From Desulfotalea psychrophila LSv54 (GTDB lineage: Bacteria; Desulfobacterota; Desulfobulbia; Desulfobulbales; Desulfocapsaceae): a stretch of 32,000 nucleotides of DNA. The stretch lies in the NCBI RefSeq assembly GCF_000025945.1, contig NC_006138.1, forward strand, positions 2,010,001-2,042,000, written 5' to 3'. This document shows, one piece after another, positions 9,038 through 16,734 of this stretch; the stretch's first letter is position 1; each line of letters begins with the position of its first letter. The notes beneath the pieces are model-generated. The model saw only the letters and a list, made by a program, of their open reading frames with translations. It had not been told where the DNA came from and made no database searches. The position numbers and the translations under genes were made by a program.

Positions 9038-9610
9038 TTACTTTAGGGAGTCAATAAATTTCAAAAAAGGGGCAATTTCTTCAAGGATCAGGATATGGTC
9101 TGCATTGGTTTTTGCCAAGGCCGCCCGGGGCATTATATCGATAGCCGCTGTTTCCGGGGACTGGACAATGGTAAGCCCCCCATTTTTATAAATATCATTC
9201 AGGCCTGCAGCTCCGTCAGAATTGGCGCCAGTGAGAATGATACCTATGAGCTCGTCGCAGTAGGCGGCGGCAGCCGTTTGAAACAGACGGTCTATTGAGG
9301 GTCGGGAAAAATTCACCCGTTCATCCGCAGACAGGGCAATCGTCCGTTCCTCTTCGAGCAAAAGATGATAGTTCGGTGGGGCAAAATAGATAGTTCCCGG
9401 AGCAATAGGCTCCTTGTCATGAGCCTCTACCACGGTCAGCGAGCAGCACTCCTTGAAGAGGGGCACTAAATAGCTCTCTGGTTCATTGCCGATATGCTGA
9501 ACAATCAGGATGGGTGTTTGGAAATCTGCTTCTAGCTGTGATAATATCTGCTTTAGAGCATGAATGCCACCGGCCGAAGCACCTATAACAATTGCACTAT
9601 ACCTCTTCAT
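9038..9610 (-). CDS. Stand-alone CheB-type methylesterase domain protein (no receiver domain)
   Basis: 190 aa; GASAGGIHAL (Ser), VQHIGN (His), LTGANSDGAAG (Asp) catalytic motifs of CheB methylesterase; no N-terminal REC. Confidence 0.9.
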   Translation of the reverse strand: MKRYSAIVIGASAGGIHALKQILSQLEADFQTPILIVQHIGNEPESYLVPLFKECCSLTVVEAHDKEPIAPGTIYFAPPNYHLLLEEERTIALSADERVNFSRPSIDRLFQTAAAAYCDELIGIILTGANSDGAAGLNDIYKNGGLTIVQSPETAAIDIMPRAALAKTNADHILILEEIAPFLKFIDSLK

Positions 9611-9624
9611 GGGTAGCGATCTTC

Positions 9625-10470
9625 CTAGGGCTTTAAACGTCTTTTGCGGTATATTTTTTCTCGGCCGGCCACTGCCTCAAAACTATCTGCTATCTTTGAA
9701 AATTGTATGCTCTCTTTTGATCCCAAACAGAGAAAACCACCCGGGCAGAGACTGTCGCAAAACAGCTGTAACACCTTTTCCTGCAGGTCTCGGTTAAAGT
9801 AGATCAACACATTTCGACAAAAAATAACATGCATTTCACCGAAAATGCCATCGGATACCAAATTATGGGAAGAAAATAGAACACGTTCTCTCAGGGAGCT
9901 TCTCAGTATCACATTGCTGTCATCGGCTGTATAGTAATCTGAAAAGTCATTTTTACCGCCGGATTTTATATAGTTAGAGGTGTACTCTCGTGCTACATCA
10001 AGGGGGTAGATGCCTTTGCGAGCTTTTTTGAGAATAAGTTCATTGAAATCAGTTGCATAGGTCTGGCTTCTTCTCTTCATGTCCTCCTCTTCCAGAAGAA
10101 TCGCCATTGAGTATACCTCCTGTCCGGCGGAACAGCCTGCATGCCAAATTTTGATGAAGGGATAGGTCAGCAAATGGGGGACAACAATATCTCTTACCGC
10201 CTTGTAAAACCAAGGATCTCTGAACATTTCCGTGACGTTAATCGAGAGATCTATCAGTAATTTTTTAAAGAACTCTTCCTCGTAGATAAGCTTATGCTGC
10301 ATCTCGGAAAAAGTTGTAAGGCCTGACAAAAGACGTCGGTGTTCCAGGCGTCTCTTGGTATGTGTGCCTGCATAATCCCGAAAATCATAACCATACTTTT
10401 GAAAAACAGCCTCGAGAAGCAGGGTGATTTCCAAGCGCTCATTTTCTATTTTTTCAGACGAGACACTCAT
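9625..10470 (-). CDS. CheR-type protein-glutamate methyltransferase
   Basis: Contains TEMFRDPWFYKAVRD, IWHAGCSAGQEVYSMAI, VIFCRNVLIYFNRDLQ. The track start (10554) overlaps the kinase ORF; MSVSSEKIENERLE at ATG 10470-10468, 1 nt after the kinase stop, is the better start. Confidence 0.92.
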   Translation of the reverse strand: MSVSSEKIENERLEITLLLEAVFQKYGYDFRDYAGTHTKRRLEHRRLLSGLTTFSEMQHKLIYEEEFFKKLLIDLSINVTEMFRDPWFYKAVRDIVVPHLLTYPFIKIWHAGCSAGQEVYSMAILLEEEDMKRRSQTYATDFNELILKKARKGIYPLDVAREYTSNYIKSGGKNDFSDYYTADDSNVILRSSLRERVLFSSHNLVSDGIFGEMHVIFCRNVLIYFNRDLQEKVLQLFCDSLCPGGFLCLGSKESIQFSKIADSFEAVAGREKIYRKRRLKP

Positions 10471-10471
10471 A

Positions 10472-13400
10472 TCAGTACAACCATACCCGCAACATTGAGA
10501 TGAGCTTGTCAGCATCCACAGGCTTGGCCAAATAATCACTGGCTCCGGCCTCAATACACTTACTTCGATCGCCCTTCATGGCCTTTGCGGTTAAGGCTAT
10601 TATGGGTAATTTTTTGTGCTGTATATTTTTGCGGATCTCCTGCATAGCCTCATAGCCATCCATTCGTGGCATCATTATATCCATTAAAACAGCATCAAAA
10701 TGGTCCTGCTCCTTTAATTTCTCAAGGCACTCAATACCGTCTCTTGCCACAACGATATTAATACCTCGTTCCTCTAGAACACTAGAAAGGGCAAAGACAT
10801 TGCGCATATCATCGTCAACAAGGAGGATCTTTCGACCTTTTAAAACAGCCTCCTTGTTGTGAATAAGCTTAAGCATCTGCTGTTTTTCTTCGGGTAAGTC
10901 TGCCTCGACCCTATGCAGAAAAAGGGCTGATTCGTCCAGCAGTCTCTCCGGTGACTTTACGCCTTTGACAATAATCGTTTCAGCATATTTATTGAGCTGT
11001 GCCTCTTCGGTTTGGGTAAGATCACGGCCCGTATAGATAATAATAGGAAGCCTGTAGAGAGATTCGCTTTGTCTGATTTTCTCCAGGAGTTCAAAGCCAG
11101 ACATATCTCCCAGGCCAAGATCAAGAATCATGCAATCATAGCGTTCTCTGTTCAGCTCAAGGATTGCTCCTGCCCCGGAATCAACGGCGGTGGTTTTAAC
11201 ATCAGAATTACCAATTAACTCTATGATGCTCTCACGTTGAATCTTGTCATCTTCCACAAGGAGTAGTCGCTTTACCGATCTTGAGATGACGTTTTCAAGC
11301 TTTGCTAAGGTCTCTTCGACTTTTTCCATGGATACAGGCTTTGTTAGGTAGCCGATGGCTCCCATGCGCATGGCATCCATGGAGCTGTCGGAGGCGGACA
11401 TAAAGTGAACCGGAATATGACGCAGTTTCGAATTATCCTTGAGACGCTCCATAACTGTCCAGCCATCAATACCTGGCAGGCCAATATCAAGTATTATGGC
11501 ACTGGGGGTATAATGATCTGCCAGAGCTAAGCCTGTTTCTCCGTCACTTGCCAAAATACAGGCAAAGCCACGATCCCTGCCTATATCCCGAAGTACCCGT
11601 GAAAAGTTTTCGTCATCTTCAATGATGAGCAGACTTTTGCTGTCACTGTTTATCTGCCCTCTATCGTCCTCTATGTCAACAGATGCTTTATTGGTTATAG
11701 GGCAAATAGTCTCTTCTTTAGAGGGGGGCGTTTTTTTAATTTCTTTGCGAGCAGGCTGTTTCTCGCCGTCTTCAGTTTCAAGCTTTTCCTCAGGGGTATC
11801 TGTTGCAATAGCCTGGTTGTTCAGAGGTAGTGTTATCCTAAAGGTGCTTCCTTCATCCTCAACAGAGCTGAGGGTGATAAAACCGCCCAACAGTTTAGTC
11901 AGCTCCTTGGATATGGAGAGTCCAAGTCCCGTTCCTCCGTATTTCCTGCTGGTGGAGCCATCTACCTGTTGGAAGGCTTCAAAGATATTTTGCTGCTGTG
12001 CCTGCGGTATGCCAATGCCATCATCTTTAACAGCAAAAACAATGGCCTTCTGTCCCTCAAGTCTTGTGTTCAGGAGTTGCTCTGCCGGAGCTGGCTCGAT
12101 TTCCAGGGAGACAGAGCCTTGCAGGGTAAACTTAAAGGAGTTTGTTATCAGATTACGTAGTACCTGCTGTAATCTCTGCGAATCTGTTTTTAGGGTCTGT
12201 GGTAACTGGGGGTTGAGAGTGATATCAAAGGATATACCTTTGTCGTGGGCCAGATCCTTATACAGCCTGTGCAGGTCAGCTTCAATTCGCTTGAAGGGAA
12301 TTTCTTCAATTATCAGCTCAACCTTACCCGCCTCCACCTTTGACAGATCAAGAATATCATTGATCAGGTTGAGTAACTCTGCCCCGGAGGAGTGGATTGC
12401 CCCTGCCGATTCAACCTGTTTATCGCTGAGGTTGCCTGCTTTATTGGTCGAAAGCAGTTGGGATAAGATAAGTATACTGTTAAGGGGCGTTCGGAGCTCA
12501 TGGGACATATTTGCCAGGAATTCTGACTTATATTTGCCGGATGTTTCCAGCTCGTCAACTTTTCCTTCGACAATCTTTTGGGCATCCAGCAGTTCAATGT
12601 TCTTGGTAGAAATTTCTTTTCTCTGTTTTTCCAGTGCCCCGGTTCTTTGCTGGAGTTCCTCGTTGGCAACCCGTAACTCCTCCTGTTGGGCCTGAAGTTC
12701 TGCCTCAGATTGCTTTAAGGCGCGGGTCTGTTCTTCAAGCTCCTCATTGGTAATCCGTAACTCTTCCTGTTGGGCTTGGAGCTCTGTCTCCGACTCTTTA
12801 AGGGCCCTTGCCTGGCTTCCCAGTGCCCTGTTAGAGGATGCCAGTTCTCGTTGTTGCTCCTGGGATTGGTCAAGAAGCGTAGCTATGCGCATTCTTGATT
12901 GGGCAGCATTGAGAATTACAGCAAGATTAGCAGAGCTTTGCTCAATAAAATCTCTCTGTATTTTTGTAAACCTGTTAATGGAGGCAAAGAGTATTACCCC
13001 GACAATATCACCCTCTATGGCGAGAGGCGCTGCAACGAAATAGCCGGGGATTTCTTCACCAATACCATAATTAATAGCAGGGGCATCCTCGACCAGGTTC
13101 GAGAAAGAGAGGAGCTCATTTTCTAAAGCTGCCTGGCCCACTAGGCCTTCACCGAATTTAAAGGTGCTGAAGTTGCCCTTTCTGTCGGAAAAGGCATAGG
13201 AGGAGCGTAGCTCTAGTATGTGGCCATCGTTGAGGTAAATCGCTCCCATGGCAATATTCATATGTTTAACAAAAAAGCGTATGGCTCTTTTGCTCAATTC
13301 ATCGAGGGCTAGGTCTCCGCGCAGGTCGTTGTCAAGAGATTCTCGTCCCGACTTCATCCAGTCAATCTTTTGCAGTTTTTCTGACATATTGTTCAGTGAA

Positions 13401-14548
13401 GCTGCCAGGGTGCCAAGCTCATCATTTCGTTCTATCTCAAGTCTTTCTCCGAGTTTGCCATGGGAGATATTATTGGCAAATTCAATTTCGGCAATAATAG
13501 GACGGGTGAAATTTCTTGAGAGTAACCAGGCAATAATACTTATAAAAAAGATACATACTACAACAACAAGGCCGAACTTTTTGTAAATTGCCCGGATTGG
13601 CGCAGTGATCTCATGGTTGTCAATTTTTGATATTAAATACCAGTCCAGCCCATCTATTTCGAGCAGGTTATAGGCTACAAGTACCTCTGTATCGGCGCTG
13701 TCGCTACACATACTGTGTCCGCCTGCCAGGCCAGCTTTCTCTGCATCAGCCCAGTAACTGAGGTTCTTGGTAAAGGTATAGCCGACAACAAATTTACCAT
13801 CCCCCATTGTTCTCAGGTTACTGCGTAATTCAAATTTACCAGTTTGATCTTGTGGGGTAATTATATATGATTCTCCTGTCTCCCCCATTCCGCGAGTAGA
13901 TTCAATAATCTGGGAGATGAAATCTGCGCTAAACCGTATCAGGATAACGCCTATTTTATGGTTATCCTCTCCAAAAACAGGATAGCCTATGAAGGCCATT
14001 TGCTTGCTACTATCATGGAAAAAAGGTTCGAAATCGGTGATCACAGTCCCCTCTGCGCCCAAGGCCTTCCGCCATGTTTTGGCCAGAACGGTGTCCTTGT
14101 ATTGGCGACTATCCAGCCGCTTCCATACGACTGCTTTTGTGTTCAGGGAAAATAAAACATCACCATGCTCCGCATCAATCAGATAGATATCTTCGTAATT
14201 ATAGCGCTTGGTATAGTTTGCCAGGTGTTCAGTAATGCCCTGAATTTTTTTACTAAAGGTAGCAAGTCCTTCGGGTTGACTGTGGTATTTCTTTAGAGCG
14301 GTGAAGGTGTTATACGTATCTTTGGAACTGGCAAAGACCTGAATGGCGGCAAGATCATTTACGAAATGATCTTCTATCTGGTCTCTGTGGATGTCTTGTA
14401 TTGATAAGAGCTTATTCGTTGCCTCTTGTACCAGAGAGGTTTCGGTCCATTGGCTGTATAAAAAGCCAATAATAATCAGGGGAAGAACCCCAGTTAAAAG
14501 AAAAAGAAACTGTAGCTTTAATCTAATTGGAACATTACTCAAGTGCAC
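10472..14548 (-). CDS. Large hybrid histidine kinase: periplasmic Cache-like sensor - HAMP - GAF - coiled coil - HisKA/HATPase - REC-REC-REC
   Basis: 1358 aa; two TM segments flanking a dCache-like region, HAMP (EIEFANNISHGKLGERLEIERNDELGTLAASLNNM), GAF-like region, FLANMSHELRTPLNSI (H-box), VKDDGIGIP/GTGLGLSI (N/G boxes), and three receivers (SLLIIEDDENF..., RLLLVEDDKI..., KILLVDDDMRN...). Start appears to be GTG. Confidence 0.95.
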   Translation of the reverse strand: MHLSNVPIRLKLQFLFLLTGVLPLIIIGFLYSQWTETSLVQEATNKLLSIQDIHRDQIEDHFVNDLAAIQVFASSKDTYNTFTALKKYHSQPEGLATFSKKIQGITEHLANYTKRYNYEDIYLIDAEHGDVLFSLNTKAVVWKRLDSRQYKDTVLAKTWRKALGAEGTVITDFEPFFHDSSKQMAFIGYPVFGEDNHKIGVILIRFSADFISQIIESTRGMGETGESYIITPQDQTGKFELRSNLRTMGDGKFVVGYTFTKNLSYWADAEKAGLAGGHSMCSDSADTEVLVAYNLLEIDGLDWYLISKIDNHEITAPIRAIYKKFGLVVVVCIFFISIIAWLLSRNFTRPIIAEIEFANNISHGKLGERLEIERNDELGTLAASLNNMSEKLQKIDWMKSGRESLDNDLRGDLALDELSKRAIRFFVKHMNIAMGAIYLNDGHILELRSSYAFSDRKGNFSTFKFGEGLVGQAALENELLSFSNLVEDAPAINYGIGEEIPGYFVAAPLAIEGDIVGVILFASINRFTKIQRDFIEQSSANLAVILNAAQSRMRIATLLDQSQEQQRELASSNRALGSQARALKESETELQAQQEELRITNEELEEQTRALKQSEAELQAQQEELRVANEELQQRTGALEKQRKEISTKNIELLDAQKIVEGKVDELETSGKYKSEFLANMSHELRTPLNSILILSQLLSTNKAGNLSDKQVESAGAIHSSGAELLNLINDILDLSKVEAGKVELIIEEIPFKRIEADLHRLYKDLAHDKGISFDITLNPQLPQTLKTDSQRLQQVLRNLITNSFKFTLQGSVSLEIEPAPAEQLLNTRLEGQKAIVFAVKDDGIGIPQAQQQNIFEAFQQVDGSTSRKYGGTGLGLSISKELTKLLGGFITLSSVEDEGSTFRITLPLNNQAIATDTPEEKLETEDGEKQPARKEIKKTPPSKEETICPITNKASVDIEDDRGQINSDSKSLLIIEDDENFSRVLRDIGRDRGFACILASDGETGLALADHYTPSAIILDIGLPGIDGWTVMERLKDNSKLRHIPVHFMSASDSSMDAMRMGAIGYLTKPVSMEKVEETLAKLENVISRSVKRLLLVEDDKIQRESIIELIGNSDVKTTAVDSGAGAILELNRERYDCMILDLGLGDMSGFELLEKIRQSESLYRLPIIIYTGRDLTQTEEAQLNKYAETIIVKGVKSPERLLDESALFLHRVEADLPEEKQQMLKLIHNKEAVLKGRKILLVDDDMRNVFALSSVLEERGINIVVARDGIECLEKLKEQDHFDAVLMDIMMPRMDGYEAMQEIRKNIQHKKLPIIALTAKAMKGDRSKCIEAGASDYLAKPVDADKLISMLRVWLY
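12626..12793 (-). repeat. Two tandem 84-bp coding repeats (28 aa, four heptads) in the kinase coiled coil
   Basis: Protein copies SETELQAQQEELRITNEELEEQTRALKQ and SEAELQAQQEELRVANEELQQRTGALEK; at DNA level gtaactcctcctgttgggc (about 12673) recurs as gtaactcttcctgttgggc 84 nt later. Confidence 0.85.
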
Positions 14549-14734
14549 ATCTTCCCCAAAAAATAGTTGTTATTCTTCTGATTCTGGGGGAAAAATTACA
14601 CCCAAACCAAGCCTGAAAGCATACAGCTGCACTGTACACAGTTGGTTGAAATACACAAGAGGATTAGTCGGTAAATAAGAGGGAGATTTGGGGCAGAGAG
14701 CAGGGTTGAAGGGAGTTAGCTCAAAGAGGGTTGG

Positions 14735-14774
14735 ATAAAAAAAAGCCCTTAACTCAAAGAAGAGCTAAGGGCTT
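14735..14774 (-). terminator. Rho-independent terminator of the tRNA-Phe transcript
   Basis: Minus-strand TAAGCCCTTA...TAAGGGCTTTTTTTT: stem arms aagccctta (14743-14751) and taagggctt (14766-14774), followed on the minus strand by an uninterrupted run of Ts. Confidence 0.85.
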
Positions 14775-14793
14775 AATATCTTTTACCAATGAA

Positions 14794-14869
<76 letters not shown>

Positions 14870-14933
14870 ACCTCATTGCGTGAGGCAGATATTTACCTAA
14901 TCTCTGCCCGACTGTCAATGCTTTTTTCTCTAT

Positions 14934-15773
14934 TTATTTCTTTTTATGCAGGGATAAGCCGCCCAAATCCAAGTCAAAATCAAGGTCGGCGTTCATATTG
15001 ACGCTACCATCGGGATTTAGGGAGTTGTTCGCTTTTCTGTCTACTGCTCCGGAGGAATCAGTGTCCGATGTTATATCATCGGCAAAGAGTGTATCCAGAT
15101 CCAGATCGTCTAAATCAAAACTTGCATGCCCATTGGACGGGGCTGGCTCTGAGGAGGACTCATCAAATGCTATCTCTTCATCAAGGTCAAAAAAGTCGTC
15201 CTCGGCCTCACCATTACCTGTGTAGTCCGGTTCAAGAAGGTCGTCGAGCTCTGTCAGACCGTCGGATGGTGGTGTCTCCATGTCTTGCGCAGGCCTTGTC
15301 TCTTCATCTGCAAAAAAGCCTTCGCTATCAGGGGGCAGATCAAATTCGTCGTCTGCCTTGCTATCGTCCTCATCCTCTCTTGCGGGGGGCTCTGGCTGCC
15401 CTTCTTCTGTCGATGCTTCGCTGGGCATTTCTGGCAATAAAAAATCAAAGTCAATCTCTTCATCCTCATCATCGAGGGGGAAGAGATCATCGTCAGTTTT
15501 ATCGGTGAGAAGAATATCAAGCTCGCTATCTACAGCCTCTTCGTTAAGAGCTCCGTTCTCGGCAGGAGAGTCATTGTTGGAGGCGTCGTCGGAGGCGTCG
15601 TCGGAGGTATCGTCGGAGGTATCGTCGGAGGTATCTACCTGTAAAAAAGTGGGGCTGGCGGCGTTGAATGTTCCGCCGCTAGCAGCAATGACTTCGTTGG
15701 AGAAATCTTTTTGACACTGTTTACAAGAGGTCAAATGATCAAATGAAATATACCCACACTTAGGACAACGCAT
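14934..15773 (-). CDS. N-terminal zinc-ribbon protein with a long acidic, low-complexity tail
   Basis: Track ORF starts at 15812, but MRCPKCGYISFDHLTSCKQCQKDF (CxxC...CxxC) starts at ATG 15773-15771. The rest is dominated by D/E/S. Confidence 0.75.
   Translation of the reverse strand: MRCPKCGYISFDHLTSCKQCQKDFSNEVIAASGGTFNAASPTFLQVDTSDDTSDDTSDDASDDASNNDSPAENGALNEEAVDSELDILLTDKTDDDLFPLDDEDEEIDFDFLLPEMPSEASTEEGQPEPPAREDEDDSKADDEFDLPPDSEGFFADEETRPAQDMETPPSDGLTELDDLLEPDYTGNGEAEDDFFDLDEEIAFDESSSEPAPSNGHASFDLDDLDLDTLFADDITSDTDSSGAVDRKANNSLNPDGSVNMNADLDFDLDLGGLSLHKKK
15580..15636 (-). repeat. 12-bp coding minisatellite (unit about ggaggYRtcgtc, roughly 4-5 copies) encoding (D-D-T/A-S)n
   Basis: Protein DTSDDTSDDTSDDASDDAS from near-identical 12-bp units. 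Exact boundaries approximate. Confidence 0.8.
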
Positions 15774-15819
15774 AAAATCTCCTCTTGAAAAAACAGACAT
15801 GCCCATGATCATTAGATGA

Positions 15820-16665
15820 TTACAGGTTCTCCATACTCCAATCCATTCCTATATCACAGGAAATGACAGAGTGGGTTAAGGCACCACTTGAGATAATATC
15901 CACCCCCGTTGTGGCAATGTCTGCCACTGTTTTCAGGGTGACTCCGCCGGAGGCCTCGACGAGAGCACGACCGTCAATCATGGCTACGGCGGTTTTCATA
16001 TCTGCCAGAGACATATTATCAAGCATAATAATATCTGCGCCACAGGCAACACACTCTTCTACCTGTGGCAGGGTGTCGGTCTCGACTTCAATCTTGATGG
16101 TATGAGGGATAGCAAGCCGAGCACGCTCGACAGCTGCTGTGAGAGATCCACAAGCTGCAATATGATTATCCTTGATCATGACCCCATCGGCAAGGTTAAA
16201 ACGGTGGTTACTGCCACCACCGGCTAAAACAGCATATTTTTCCAGCATGCGCAGACCGGGAGTGGTCTTGCGGGTATCGGTAATCCGTACTCCGGTTCCT
16301 TCCACTGCCTGGACAAAAAGGGAGGTCATGGTGGCAATGGCTGAAAGACGTTGGAGGAGGTTAAGTGCAACTCGTTCCGCTTTAAGCAGGTCAACAACGG
16401 GTCCTGAAACAGTGAGGATGATATCGCCCTTCTCTATGTGGGTGCCATCTGCTATGGCATTCTCAACGAGAATAGAGTCGTTTTGTACGCGAAAAACTTC
16501 ACCTGCTACAGCGTCGGCACCGGCAACAACCATGGGCTGACGAGCAACCAGATGGGCTTTGCCCTGTTGCTTGGCGGGGAAGATGGATTCGCTGGTGATA
16601 TCTCCCCGGCCAATATCTTCGGCGAGAAAATTGAGCAGGGTGCTTCGTAATGTATTCTTATCCAT
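15820..16665 (-). CDS. nadC: Nicotinate-nucleotide pyrophosphorylase (carboxylating)
   Basis: 281 aa; EDIGRGDITSE, RKTTPGLRMLEKYAV..GGG..HR..L.D.VMIKDNHI, EVETDTLPQVEE, IMLDNM, EASGGVT. Confidence 0.95.
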   Translation of the reverse strand: MDKNTLRSTLLNFLAEDIGRGDITSESIFPAKQQGKAHLVARQPMVVAGADAVAGEVFRVQNDSILVENAIADGTHIEKGDIILTVSGPVVDLLKAERVALNLLQRLSAIATMTSLFVQAVEGTGVRITDTRKTTPGLRMLEKYAVLAGGGSNHRFNLADGVMIKDNHIAACGSLTAAVERARLAIPHTIKIEVETDTLPQVEECVACGADIIMLDNMSLADMKTAVAMIDGRALVEASGGVTLKTVADIATTGVDIISSGALTHSVISCDIGMDWSMENL

Positions 16666-16682
16666 AATATTCTATCTTGTTG

Positions 16683-16709
16683 AAGAACTGCAGGCAAGCT
16701 GCAGTTCTT
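16683..16709 (-). promoter_or_regulatory. Perfect 11-bp stem / 5-nt loop hairpin between valS and nadC (attenuator, processing site or weak terminator)
   Basis: aagaactgcag-gcaag-ctgcagttctt; no T-tract on the minus strand. Confidence 0.6.
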
Positions 16710-16734
16710 TGCTATTCTATATGATCTCTTCTTT

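Noticed and set aside
8015-14548. Retron, CBASS or other nucleotide-signalling defence system around the GGDEF gene
   Set aside because: The GGDEF protein is a classical REC-diguanylate cyclase, and neighbours are chemosensory/two-component proteins with no nuclease, TIR, patatin or pore effector.
15580-15636. Possible CRISPR-like or regulatory direct repeats
   Set aside because: Units are 12 bp, contiguous with no spacers, and in frame within a coding sequence.
15280-15714. 144-aa plus-strand Ser-rich ORF
   Set aside because: Reverse reading of the acidic low-complexity gene (GAC/GAT codons read back as Ser/Val); not an independent gene.
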